DNA of 49,909 nucleotides from Gemmatimonadota bacterium (GTDB lineage Bacteria; Gemmatimonadota; Gemmatimonadetes; Gemmatimonadales; Gemmatimonadaceae): the NCBI GenBank assembly GCA_027346425.1, contig DAIESF010000079.1, positions 1 to 49,909 of the forward strand, given 5' to 3'. Made by a program: the position numbers and the translations under genes. The notes beneath the pieces are model-generated. The model saw only the letters and a list, made by a program, of their open reading frames with translations. It ran no database searches and was not told where the DNA came from. Positions 16,301 to 24,904 of the stretch are shown one piece after another (position 1 is the first letter of the stretch; each line of letters opens with the position of its first letter).

Positions 16301-17124
16301 CGCTCGACCTGCAGCTCAACTGGCGCCCGAACGTCCTCGGCCTCAACCGCCGCCTGGCCGTGTCGGTGATGACGGTCAACACGTTAGGCGGGCTCGACCA
16401 GCTGCTACATGGGAGCGACAACCTGCGCGGATGGGGGCAGTTCCGGGGCACCGACAACACGCTCCTCTACGTCCGCGGCTTCGACCCGGTGAGCAAGGCC
16501 TACAAGTACGAAGTCAACGAACGCTTCGGTGCCAACCGCGCCGGGCAGAACGGGATCACCGTCCCGTTCCAACTCGGCATCCAGGCTCGCTACACCTTGG
16601 GACCCGACCGCTTCCGCGACATGATTCGCGGGATGATTGGGGGTGGTGGTCCCGGCGGGGCCGGTGGCTTTCGCGGTCCGGGGGGCTTTGGTGCCCCGGG
16701 CGGTCAGGGGCAGCAGGGCGCTCCTGGCGCGCAGGGAGGGGGAGGAGGCGGTGGATTCGGGATGGGAGGGATGAACGCGAACCCCGTTCAGGCGATCATC
16801 GCACTCAAGGACTCGATTGCCCTGACCGCCGAGCAGTTGGCCAAGCTGCAGCCGCTGAGCGACAGCGTCGCGGTGCGGAACAAGTCGTTAGGCGAGGAGT
16901 TCCAGAAGCTGCTGAAGGACGCCGGTGCCAACCCCGACATGGGGGCGCTCTTCGGGAAGATCCGCCCGAAGATGGAGGCATCGCAAAAGGCGCGTGCGGC
17001 GACGCTCAAGGAAGTGCAGGCGATCCTCACTCCCGAACAGTGGGCGAAGGTCCCCGAGCGCGTCCGCAACCCGCAGCAGTTCCCGGCCGGACCGGGGGGA
17101 CAGCGACGGCCGGGGAGCGAGTAA
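13330..17124 (+). CDS. Giant TonB-dependent-receptor-like outer-membrane protein: CarboxypepD_reg domain + plug + barrel + C-terminal Gly-rich linker + LTxxQ (Spy/CpxP-like) module
   Basis: 'ITGTVTRAEANVPIEAANIEVTS...NSQGRFTVLFPDGGGQYRITARALG' (CarboxypepD_reg). 'FSVAGQAPSANNITLDGLSF' (plug-like). Long barrel. The tail has GGGPGGAGGFRGPGGFGAPGG..., then 'LTAEQLAKL' and 'LTPEQWAKV'. GTG at 13330 is taken as the start because the ORF's upstream part overlaps hupE. Confidence 0.75.
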   Translation: MLTRRGSSVARFVRRALLAIAIVAPIVRPSAAGAQMGATTDIITGTVTRAEANVPIEAANIEVTSIESNVTRRARTNSQGRFTVLFPDGGGQYRITARALGLAPTTVTVARQTDEDRLVVNIKMSTNPTVLAGVTIQARQNVPREGDRPAPGSVERVMNTDQAARLPIDASDLTQLALTAPGVVSITGSDTTAAGFSVAGQAPSANNITLDGLSFGSSQVPQEAVRNSRVITSGYDVARGQFSGGQIASTTRSGTNVAQGNFTYSLRDRNLAVEGEDTSPASQGFNQNQLSAGLGGPIIKDKLFVFGALQLRRREDIIPNLGNADATTLSRFGVAPDSVARFFDLASAAGIAPRGILANDRTGDNVSGIVRFDYLTEGGQSLSIRGDYNYSNSDPTRIGTLSLPQTGGDSRNWGGGMAATLTSNIGGRFLNELKLYGSVNKNAGDPFITLPFGRVQVTSDLGSGETGVSSLTFGGNTGLPQAGKTNTFEATNETSWLSEGGAHRFKLGGLFNLQSFERDVTTNRWGTFSFNSLADFEAGTPATYTRTLTPRLREGAGANAAVYLGDTWRVSRALQLTVGARAEGSYFGSTPTYNPAVETAFGYRTDEVPTEFRLSPRIGFTYSLGMPEQGRFAPPTWIIRGGIGEFRSAPSIGLVASAAGATGLPDNESQLVCIGAGVPVPNWNLYAQDGASIPTQCATGGNQYLPTSLPNVTVFADNFSAARSVRSSLGVQHRFRQRYNFNVDVQYARGVALTGYTDVNLRTTPQFTLGSEGGRPVYVDPATIVPTTGATSVLGSRLNGSFGQVLATGSDLSSDSRQVTMSLGGITTKGAILNVSYTWGQTEDQGANGGGGGGPFGGMFGGGFGGSGSFGSPTTAGNPNVREWAPSDFDRRHTIVGTVTYPFSQALEVTAFGRVSSGSPFTPIVGSDINGDGARNDRAFLFDPATTADADVAAGMQHLLANAPDAVKSCLSTQLGSAAGRNSCRGPWQPSLDLQLNWRPNVLGLNRRLAVSVMTVNTLGGLDQLLHGSDNLRGWGQFRGTDNTLLYVRGFDPVSKAYKYEVNERFGANRAGQNGITVPFQLGIQARYTLGPDRFRDMIRGMIGGGGPGGAGGFRGPGGFGAPGGQGQQGAPGAQGGGGGGGFGMGGMNANPVQAIIALKDSIALTAEQLAKLQPLSDSVAVRNKSLGEEFQKLLKDAGANPDMGALFGKIRPKMEASQKARAATLKEVQAILTPEQWAKVPERVRNPQQFPAGPGGQRRPGSE

Positions 17125-17134
17125 GCGGGTCGCC

Positions 17135-18424
17135 CTACCGGGCGACCCACGGATTGGAGAAGCGGGTGTCGCGCACCAGCGCCGAATCGCTCAGGCTCCG
17201 GAGGAAGGCGACGAGGTCGCCCTTGTCCTGCGCCGAGAGCGCGAGCGGGGCGATGCGCGGGTCCTTGATCGGGCTGCGACTGCCGTCACCTGCAAGGGGG
17301 CCGGTCGTGATCGCCCGCCCGCCGCGTGCGTAGTGCTCGACGACGTCCTCGAGCGTGCTGATGCTCCCGTCGTGCATGTACGGAAAGGTGAACTCGAGGT
17401 TGCGCAGCGACGGGATGCGGAACTTCCCCACGTCCTGAGGCTCTCCCGTGTGCTCGTAGACACCTTGGTTGCCGATGGGATAGCTCCCGTCGCCGCCGAT
17501 GTTGTAGAGTCCGTCGTTGGCGAAGGGCGACTGGCTTCCGTCGTTCGTTTCGAGGGTGGACGCGACCGTGAAGAGCGTGCCGCGATGGCACTCGGCGCAC
17601 TTGAGGGTTGGGGAGAAGAAGAGGGTCGCTCCGCGTACCGCGGCGGCGCTCAGCGCCCCGGTCTCGCCGCGCTTGTATCGGTCGTACGGCGCGTTGACGG
17701 CAATGACCGTGCGCTGGAAGGTGGCGAGGGCGCGCGTGACGTTGGCGACGGTGAACGGATCGGCGTCGGCAGGGAAAGCGGTGGGGAAGAGTTGGCGATA
17801 GATGGCCACGGCGCGGAGCCGGTCCAGCATCTCGATTTCGCGCCCCTTGAGCCCGAGCTCCACCGGTCGGTCCCCGAACATCGGGACGAGCGCCTGCGTC
17901 TCGAGCGAGATGGTGAGCGGGTCGGCCCACGTGAAAACGCGCAGGTAGGCACTGTTGGCGATCCCGGGGCTGTTGCGTGGGTGAGGCTCGCCGGTGCTGC
18001 CTAACGGGATGTTCCGGGCGTCGGCGAAACCGAACTCCTGGCGATGGCACGAGCTGCAGGCAAAGGCGCCATTGCCCGACAGGCGCGTGTCGTAGAACAG
18101 GCGGCGCCCGAGCTCGACCTTTGCGGGTGACATCGGGTTGTCGGCCGGAACCATCGGCGCCGCCCACCCCGGGGGGAGCACCCAGCGAAAAGCGGAAGGG
18201 TCGCCCGAGAGCGGGGCGACCACATCGTGACCGTCGCCGGCGCATGCTGTGGCGACCGCGGCGAGCCCCGCGGCTGCGCCGCGCAGGAGCGCGCGTCGCG
18301 CGGAGCGTGACACGCCCGGCACGGACGAATGCGCCCCGATCCCCCACGCTGTACGTATCGGGAGGTCCCTCACCAGCTGCGTCTCCTGCGTTTCGCCCCG
18401 GGGCACTGTAGCGGTGTCGGCCAT
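17135..18424 (-). CDS. Di-haem cytochrome c peroxidase family enzyme (MauG/MbnH-like)
   Basis: Two haem motifs, CSSCH and CAECH. 'DNPMSPAKVELGRRLFYDTRLSGNGAFACSSCH' is typical of the family. RR-containing signal with 'AVATACAG'. Start set to the ATG at 18424. Confidence 0.85.
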   Translation of the reverse strand: MADTATVPRGETQETQLVRDLPIRTAWGIGAHSSVPGVSRSARRALLRGAAAGLAAVATACAGDGHDVVAPLSGDPSAFRWVLPPGWAAPMVPADNPMSPAKVELGRRLFYDTRLSGNGAFACSSCHRQEFGFADARNIPLGSTGEPHPRNSPGIANSAYLRVFTWADPLTISLETQALVPMFGDRPVELGLKGREIEMLDRLRAVAIYRQLFPTAFPADADPFTVANVTRALATFQRTVIAVNAPYDRYKRGETGALSAAAVRGATLFFSPTLKCAECHRGTLFTVASTLETNDGSQSPFANDGLYNIGGDGSYPIGNQGVYEHTGEPQDVGKFRIPSLRNLEFTFPYMHDGSISTLEDVVEHYARGGRAITTGPLAGDGSRSPIKDPRIAPLALSAQDKGDLVAFLRSLSDSALVRDTRFSNPWVAR

Positions 18425-18626
18425 CCGCGGTCGCCCCCGCGTTGGGGGCGTGCCTCCGGTACAAGCTCGCCAGGCGCGCCGCAACGTCAAGCGCGGCGGG
18501 GTGGTGTGCTGGTCAGAGTGCTGTCCCGCGGCGATACTTCGCCGGTTGGCGAACGCCGTTCGCCGACGCGCTCGGAGAACGATCCCCCTGCGGCACGCGC
18601 GTAGCGCCACCCTCCTGTCCACACTC

Positions 18627-19601
18627 ATGCCCCGGTGTCGTTTGCCTCACCGTGCTCTCCTGGCTGCCGCACTCGTGGCGATGCAGGGGTGTGATCGGAA
18701 GGGAGTGACGCCCGATGGAGATGCCGACGCGGTCGCCGCCGATTCGTTGCGTCTCGCGCCGGTGGTCGATGCGTTCCAGCTCACCGAGAGTTCCGGGGCG
18801 GCGGTGAGCGTAACGCACCCCGGGGTACTGTATACGTTCAACGATTCGGGGAACGACCCGGTCCTGTACGCCTTCGATACCACGGGGATGTCCCGCGGGC
18901 GCTGGATCGTGAACCGTATCAGGAACCACGATTGGGAGGCGGCCGCGGTGGGGCGGTGCGTCGGGCATGCGGCAACCGCCGCGAGCTGTGTGTACCTGGG
19001 CGATGTGGGCGATAACGGGCTCGAGCGCCGCGCGGTCATCATCTATCGAGTCCCCGAGCCTGAGTTGCTGGCGCCGGGGGCTGTGGGCGAGGCGGTCGCC
19101 GACTCGATTGTCGTGCGCTACGAGGATGGCCAGCACAACGTGGAGGCGATGTACATCGCGCCTGACGGGTCCACGATCCTCATCGCCAAGGAGCGGCGTC
19201 GCACGGCGTCGGGGGCGGTGCGCCCCACACTCATCTATCGCGTCGCTCCCTCGGCGTGGGATTCGGCGCAGGTCGCCGAGGCGAAGCTTGTGGATTCGCT
19301 CCCGATCGTTCCGCGGGCCGCGACCTCGCACCAGGTGACGGACGCGTCGCTGTCGATCGATGGGCGCACGCTCGCGGTGCGCACCTATGCGCAGATCTTC
19401 CTGTTTGCCGTCGATCCAGCCACCGGGCTCCCCCGCCCCGGGGTCGCCCACATGGTGTGCGACGTCCGAAAGCTCGCCGAACCACAGGGTGAAGGGGTGG
19501 GGATCGTGGCTCGGCGAGGGGAGCGCGCCCGGCTCGTCCTCACCACCGAGGGTGAAGGGGAGCCGCTGCGCCTCGTGACCTGCCCGACGCCGCCCCGTTA
19601 G
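18627..19601 (+). CDS. Putative lipoprotein, unknown function (beta-propeller-like sequence pattern)
   Basis: Start 'MPRCRLPHRALLAAALVAMQGC' carries a lipobox-like signal. 'ESSGAAVSVTHPGVLYTFNDSGNDPVLYAFD...NHDWEAAAVG...VYLGDVGDNG'. High GC3. No family confidently recognised. Confidence 0.6.
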   Translation: MPRCRLPHRALLAAALVAMQGCDRKGVTPDGDADAVAADSLRLAPVVDAFQLTESSGAAVSVTHPGVLYTFNDSGNDPVLYAFDTTGMSRGRWIVNRIRNHDWEAAAVGRCVGHAATAASCVYLGDVGDNGLERRAVIIYRVPEPELLAPGAVGEAVADSIVVRYEDGQHNVEAMYIAPDGSTILIAKERRRTASGAVRPTLIYRVAPSAWDSAQVAEAKLVDSLPIVPRAATSHQVTDASLSIDGRTLAVRTYAQIFLFAVDPATGLPRPGVAHMVCDVRKLAEPQGEGVGIVARRGERARLVLTTEGEGEPLRLVTCPTPPR

Positions 19602-19604
19602 GCG

Positions 19605-20801
19605 TCAGGCGTAGAGAAGCGCATCGCCCACCGCTGACGCCCAATTGCCGGTCGACGTCCACTCGTGCACGAGTGCCGACGTCACCGGCGCGGAGGTGTC
19701 GAGGAGACGCGGGGCGATGGTGCGGACGCCGACGAGGCGCGCGAAGTGATCACTCCCCCCGGGATTGGCGGCGGTGCGATACGGCGCCCACGCGAACTTG
19801 CGCGGGTGGACGCGGATGATGGCGGCCATGAGCGCGAGCCCGACGGCGACTGGGCGCACGCGCGCGGGAGCGAGCGCTTCGAGCCGCACCGCCTGGCACA
19901 ACTCACCTGCATAGGGCCCCTGTGCCGGTGTGGCGGCGTCGGCGTGCAGCTGCACTCCCCACTCCGGTGGGAGTTGCAGCTGACTGAGCACGCGCCCGGC
20001 GTCGAGCCAGGGAGCGGCGACACACTGGAAGGGGGCGTCGGTCCCGCGCCCCACGCTCAGGTTCGTCCCCTCGAACAGGCACGTTCCCGGGTAGAAGAGG
20101 GCGGAGGCGAATGACGGCATGGCCGGGGACGTCGGGATCCAGGGGAGGGAAAGGGCTGGCCATTGCCACTCGCGTCGCCACCCCTCGCACGGGATCACCG
20201 AGAGCTGCACCTGGCGGACGCGGGTTGCTGCCCAGTGGCGCGCCATCTCGCCGAGGGTGAGCGAGTGCCGCACCGGGATGGACCACCGCCCGATGAACGA
20301 CGCGCACTGCGCCTCGTCGAGGAGCGGCCCCTCGGCAGCCTCCAGCAGGCCGCCTAACGGGTTGGGGCGGTCGAGGATGGCCAGCGGCGTGGCGGTCCGG
20401 GCGCACGACTCCAGCACGTGCGAGAGCGTCCAGGCATAGGTGTAGAAGCGCGCCCCCACATCGGGGATGTCGAACAGGACCAGGTCGAGGTCGGCGAGCG
20501 ATTCGTCGGGCGGGGCGAAACGGTCGCCGTACAGCGAGACGACCGGGAGGCCGGTGGCGGCATCGATTCCGTCGCGCATCGGCGCCCCGTCGTCACCAAC
20601 GGCGCTCAATCCGTGCTCGGGGGAGAAGAGCCGGACGAGCGGGACCCCGGCGTCGAGGAGCGCCACGCGAGCGCGGCGACTGGCGTCGTTCGCGAGCCGC
20701 GCCGCGTCGTTGGTCACCAGTGCGATACGTGCCGCTGGCGGGAGAAGGGCTGGAGCGCCGACGACGCGGTCGACACCGAATCGCACGACGGGATGGTTCA
20801 T
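19605..20801 (-). CDS. DUF1343 family protein (NamZ-like exo-beta-N-acetylmuramidase family)
   Basis: 'RFGVDRVV...IALVTNDAARL...LFSPEHGL...TGLPVVSLYG...DLVLFDIPDVGARFYTYAWTLSHVLESC...LAILDRPNPLGG'. The ATG at 20801 overlaps the cydB stop by 4 nt. Confidence 0.8.
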   Translation of the reverse strand: MNHPVVRFGVDRVVGAPALLPPAARIALVTNDAARLANDASRRARVALLDAGVPLVRLFSPEHGLSAVGDDGAPMRDGIDAATGLPVVSLYGDRFAPPDESLADLDLVLFDIPDVGARFYTYAWTLSHVLESCARTATPLAILDRPNPLGGLLEAAEGPLLDEAQCASFIGRWSIPVRHSLTLGEMARHWAATRVRQVQLSVIPCEGWRREWQWPALSLPWIPTSPAMPSFASALFYPGTCLFEGTNLSVGRGTDAPFQCVAAPWLDAGRVLSQLQLPPEWGVQLHADAATPAQGPYAGELCQAVRLEALAPARVRPVAVGLALMAAIIRVHPRKFAWAPYRTAANPGGSDHFARLVGVRTIAPRLLDTSAPVTSALVHEWTSTGNWASAVGDALLYA

Positions 20802-21853
20802 CCCGAGGATTCGTCCAGCGAGGCGAACGCCGACCGGCGTGACTTGAACACGCGGAAGAGATACACGAGCGAGGGGATGAGGACGACGGCGCCCAGCACC
20901 AGCGCCCCCAGCGTGAGGCGGAGCGTGATCTCCGGCGCTGCCGCGTCGTGGATGGTCAGCGTCGGGGGGATGACATAGGGATACTGCGACAGTCCCCATC
21001 CCCACAGGATGAGCGACACCTGCCCCCCCGCAGCGAGGCGGGCCGACCGGAAGCGCCCGATGACGAGGGCGCCGAAGGCGAGGAGGGCCATTGCCGCTGT
21101 CGCCAGCTGCAAGGGCAACGCCGCCGGCGAGCGGGTGACCCCCTCCACGATGCGCGGGGCGTGCGTGCGCGCCAGGACGAGCGTTCCGGCGGCGCAGACG
21201 AAGACCGCCACCCCTGCCGCGATGGCCCGCCGCTGGAAGTCGCGCTGCAGCCCCACGTCACCCTCGGCCTCCACCGTGAGGTAGACCGCCGCCAGGAAGG
21301 CGAAGAGGACCAGGGTGAATGCACCGACCGCCAGCACGAAGGGGTTGGCCCACGGCAGGATGAATCGTTCGCTGAACGGCGCCCCCGCCTGCGCCGAGGC
21401 CGCTCCCACCGCCCCCGCCGCTATCGCCCCCACGCAGGTGCCGAGCGCTGCCGGGGTGAGGATGCTGGAGAGCGAGAAGACGAGCCCCCAGCGTCGCTGC
21501 ACGTCGTCGGCCTGCGAGTCGTAGGTGCGGAAGGTGAACGCCGAGCCGCGCAGGACGATCCCCACCAGCATGATGGTGAGCGGAATGTGCAGCTCGGTGA
21601 CGATGACGGAGAAGGCTGACGGGAAGCAAGTGAAGAGGAGGACGACCACCAGGATGAGCCAGACGTGATTCGCCTCCCAGATGGGGCCGATAGCGTGCTC
21701 GATGAGTGCGCGCTGCCTCTCTTTACGAGGGCCGCTGGCCAGCAGATCCCAGACGCCGCCACCGTAGTCGGCGCCGCCCAACAGGACGTATGCGTTGAGC
21801 GAGACGAGGACGAGTGCGGCGAGGAGCCCAGGAAGGGATGCGATTTGATCCAT
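20798..21853 (-). CDS. cydB: Cytochrome bd ubiquinol oxidase subunit II
   Basis: 'LNAYVLLGGADYGGGVWDLL' N-terminus and about 8 hydrophobic helices. Sits directly downstream of cydA. Confidence 0.9.
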   Translation of the reverse strand: MDQIASLPGLLAALVLVSLNAYVLLGGADYGGGVWDLLASGPRKERQRALIEHAIGPIWEANHVWLILVVVLLFTCFPSAFSVIVTELHIPLTIMLVGIVLRGSAFTFRTYDSQADDVQRRWGLVFSLSSILTPAALGTCVGAIAAGAVGAASAQAGAPFSERFILPWANPFVLAVGAFTLVLFAFLAAVYLTVEAEGDVGLQRDFQRRAIAAGVAVFVCAAGTLVLARTHAPRIVEGVTRSPAALPLQLATAAMALLAFGALVIGRFRSARLAAGGQVSLILWGWGLSQYPYVIPPTLTIHDAAAPEITLRLTLGALVLGAVVLIPSLVYLFRVFKSRRSAFASLDESSG

Positions 21854-21860
21854 GGCGCTC

Positions 21861-23198
21861 CTAGTCGCCGGCCGGCGCCGGGGCGATCGCGTGCCTGTGC
21901 GCCGTGCCGGGTGCTGTGGCGATCTGGCGCTTCAGGAGGTAGACCACGATGACGCCGAGGAAGAGATACAGCAGCGTGAAGAGGAGAAAGGGGACGATGA
22001 GCCCCGGCATCGGCGTCACCGCGTCGGCGGTGCGCAGCACTCCCTGCACGACCCACGGCTGTCGCCCCACCTCGGTCACGACCCATCCGGCTTCGGTGGC
22101 GATGAAACCCATCGGTGAGGCGAGGACGATCGCCCCCAGCAGCGTCCGTTGCAGCGCCAGCTCGCGCCGCCGCCAGCGGCACCAGAGCACCCCAAGCGCC
22201 ACCAGCGCCATGTACGACCCCAGGCCGACCATCACCTGGAAGCCGACGTGCACGATGGCCACCGGCGGCCAGTCGCTGCGCGGGACGCGGTCGAGCCCCT
22301 GCACTTCGGCGTTTGGGTCGGCGAAGGCGAGGATCGACAGCGCCTTCGGGACCTCGATCGCCCAGCGCGTCTCGGCCGCCGCCTCGTCGGGCCACCCCCC
22401 GACGCGTAGCGGCGCCCCGCGTTCGGTCGTGAACTGCCCTTCCATGGCCGCCAGCTTGGCCGGTTGCAGCCGCGCCACCGCCTTGGCGGCGATATCGCCC
22501 GACAGCGGCTGCAGCAGCGACGCCGGCACCGCGACCAGGAGGGCGATGCCTAACGCCTTGCGGTGGAAGGTGGCGTGCGGGGTGCGGCGCAGCAGCCAGG
22601 CGTGGATCCCGGCCACCGCGAACCCGGTCGCGGCGTAGGCAGCCAACGTCATGTGCAGCGTCTGCGGGAAGGCGGCGGGGGTCGTCATCGCCAGCAGGGG
22701 GTCGATGTCGGCAGGAACGCCATCTTTGAGCACGAAGCCCCGCGGCGCGTTCATCCACGCGTTGGCGATGACCACGAAGATCCCCGAGACGGCCCCGCTC
22801 AACGCCACCAGCACGCCCGCCCACAGGTGCGCACGCGGCGAGATCCGGTTCCACCCGTACAGGTAGACGCCGAGGAAGATCGCCTCGGTGAAGAAGGCGA
22901 ACCCCTCGAGCGAGAACGGCATCCCGATGATGGCGCCGGCAAACTTCATGAAGCCGGGCCACAGGAGCCCCAGTTCCAGCGACAGGACCGTCCCCGACAC
23001 CGCGCCAACCGCGAAGAGGATTGCCGTCCCCTTGGCCCAACGCTTGGCCAGGTCGAGGTAGATCGGCTCACCCGTGCGCAGGTGCCGCCACTCGGCCACC
23101 ACCATGAGTAACGGCATCCCGATCCCCACCATCGCGAAGATGATGTGGAAGGCGAGCGACATCGCCATCTGTGATCGGGCCGCCAACAAGTCGGGCAT
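21861..23198 (-). CDS. cydA: Cytochrome bd ubiquinol oxidase subunit I
   Basis: '[34 protein letters not shown]...[25 protein letters not shown]' are conserved CydA helices. 445 aa, so a short Q-loop type. Confidence 0.92.
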   Translation of the reverse strand: MPDLLAARSQMAMSLAFHIIFAMVGIGMPLLMVVAEWRHLRTGEPIYLDLAKRWAKGTAILFAVGAVSGTVLSLELGLLWPGFMKFAGAIIGMPFSLEGFAFFTEAIFLGVYLYGWNRISPRAHLWAGVLVALSGAVSGIFVVIANAWMNAPRGFVLKDGVPADIDPLLAMTTPAAFPQTLHMTLAAYAATGFAVAGIHAWLLRRTPHATFHRKALGIALLVAVPASLLQPLSGDIAAKAVARLQPAKLAAMEGQFTTERGAPLRVGGWPDEAAAETRWAIEVPKALSILAFADPNAEVQGLDRVPRSDWPPVAIVHVGFQVMVGLGSYMALVALGVLWCRWRRRELALQRTLLGAIVLASPMGFIATEAGWVVTEVGRQPWVVQGVLRTADAVTPMPGLIVPFLLFTLLYLFLGVIVVYLLKRQIATAPGTAHRHAIAPAPAGD

Positions 23199-23203
23199 GG
23201 TGG

Positions 23204-23239
23204 TTCTCGTCTTCTCGTCTTCTCGTCTTCTCGTCTTCT
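23204..23239 (+). repeat. Octamer tandem array C, (TTCTCGTC) x4.5
   Basis: A perfect array fills most of the 47-bp gap between the amidohydrolase stop (23246) and the cydA ATG (23198). It ends 5 nt from that ATG. Confidence 0.95.
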
Positions 23240-23245
23240 AAGGAT

Positions 23246-24709
23246 CTACTTTCGATAGTCCAGCGCCGGTCCCGCCCGGTTAAGACGCGTGCGGTACACG
23301 AAGTCGGTGCCGCGCCGCTGGTCGAACTCGGCGCGCGCCTTGGGGAGGATCGTGGCGTCGGTGAAGAGATCGATCGCCGTGAGCGACATCGTCTTGGCCG
23401 CGACCATCATCCCCTTGGCACCGATCGGCGTGCCGCCAGCCGCAACTGCCTGCCACGAGTGCGCCGGTGTCCCCGGGACCCAGGTCGCCGCGCTGAGCGC
23501 CACCGTGGGGACCGCCCACGAGACGTCGCCCATGTCGGTCGAGGCGGGGTCGACCCCACCCTTCTCGAACGGGTGCACCCTGGCCGCGTCGTCGATGGGT
23601 GGGACGGGACGATCGAGCGACTTCTGCAGCTCGGTCGCGAAGGTCCGGTCTTCTGCCGAGTAGGTCACGCCGCCCACGCGCTCGAGGTTGCGCTGCTGCA
23701 GGCGCGCCAGGACTTCGTTGGGGAGGATGTTGTACACGGCGCCGATCGTCTCGTGGTCGACCGTCGTCCCCGTCCCCATGGCCGCTCCCTGCGCCGCCGC
23801 GAGGATCCGCTCCCAGATCTGGTCCAGCACGCGCATGTCGCCCTGACGGGCGTACATGAAGACCTCGGCGAAGTCGGGGACGACGTTAGGCGCCCGCCCC
23901 CCGTTGGTGATGACGTAGTGGATGCGCGTGTCCTGCGGGACGTGCTCGCGCATCATGTTCACCATGTGCGTCATCGCCTCGACGCCGTCGAGCGCCGAGC
24001 GCCCCTTGTCGGGGGCGGCGGCCGCATGGGCCGACTTGCCGTGGAAGCGGAATTTGGCAGAGATGTTGGCCAGCGTACTGTTGGCGTCGGCCACATTGCG
24101 GTCGCCCGGGTGCCAGGAGACCACTGCATCGACATCCTTGAAGAGCCCCGCGCGCACCATGAAGACCTTGCCGGAGCCCCCCTCTTCCGCCGGCGTTCCA
24201 TAGAAACGCAGCGTGCCGGGGATCTTGTTGGCCGCCATCCATTCCTTCACGGCGATGGCAGCGGCGGTGGAGGCTGTGCCAAAGAGGTGATGCCCGCATC
24301 CATGCCCGGCTCCGCTCTCGGCGACCGCCTTTTTGAACGGCGACGCCTCCTGCGAGAGCCCGGGAAGGGCGTCGAACTCGCCGATGATCGCGATTACCGG
24401 CTTGCCGCTCCCGTATGTCGCGGTGAAGGCGGTGGGGGCCCCGGCCACGCCGACGTCGAGGGTGAAGCCCGCCTGCGACAACTCCTGCTGGAGGAGCGCG
24501 CTCGACTTCACCTCCTGATAGCCGACTTCGGCAAAGCCCCAGATCTGTTTGGCGACGCCGGCGTAGTGATCGAAGCGCGCGTCGAGCGCGGCGAGAACGG
24601 CCTTGGACGGGTCACCCTGCTTGCCCTGGGCGCTCGACGAGGCGGGGAGGGCGACTACGCAGGCGCCGGCCAGCGCGAGCGAGAGGTGGGAACGACGAAA
24701 TGCGCGCAT
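23246..24709 (-). CDS. Secreted M20D-family amidohydrolase (AbgB/aminobenzoyl-glutamate-hydrolase-like)
   Basis: Signal '[18 protein letters not shown]'. '[21 protein letters not shown]...[17 protein letters not shown]...VVSWHPG' are M20D motifs. Confidence 0.85.
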   Translation of the reverse strand: MRAFRRSHLSLALAGACVVALPASSSAQGKQGDPSKAVLAALDARFDHYAGVAKQIWGFAEVGYQEVKSSALLQQELSQAGFTLDVGVAGAPTAFTATYGSGKPVIAIIGEFDALPGLSQEASPFKKAVAESGAGHGCGHHLFGTASTAAAIAVKEWMAANKIPGTLRFYGTPAEEGGSGKVFMVRAGLFKDVDAVVSWHPGDRNVADANSTLANISAKFRFHGKSAHAAAAPDKGRSALDGVEAMTHMVNMMREHVPQDTRIHYVITNGGRAPNVVPDFAEVFMYARQGDMRVLDQIWERILAAAQGAAMGTGTTVDHETIGAVYNILPNEVLARLQQRNLERVGGVTYSAEDRTFATELQKSLDRPVPPIDDAARVHPFEKGGVDPASTDMGDVSWAVPTVALSAATWVPGTPAHSWQAVAAGGTPIGAKGMMVAAKTMSLTAIDLFTDATILPKARAEFDQRRGTDFVYRTRLNRAGPALDYRK

Positions 24710-24904
24710 CGCAGACGAGGGGTGTGGGATGAGGCGAACATACCCCGAGTCCCCGAAGCGTCAATCGGAGGAATTGCGCGGCAGCGCGAGCACGCGGCGC
24801 TACTCGTGTCACACGTTCCATTCGGATCCGCTCCGCCCCATCGCCCCCCTGGCGCCACGAACGGCATCTCGCGAGATGGCGTGGCGGGGCGCCAATTTCC
24901 CGGC

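Noticed and set aside
23171-24904. The 5' 578 codons of the 1046-aa plus-strand ORF 23171..26311
   Set aside because: This part is antisense to the well-supported M20D amidohydrolase (23246..24709). Its translation is R/G/D/H-rich and low in complexity. It begins by translating the octamer array. A proper start with a signal peptide exists at 24905, so only 24905..26311 is kept.
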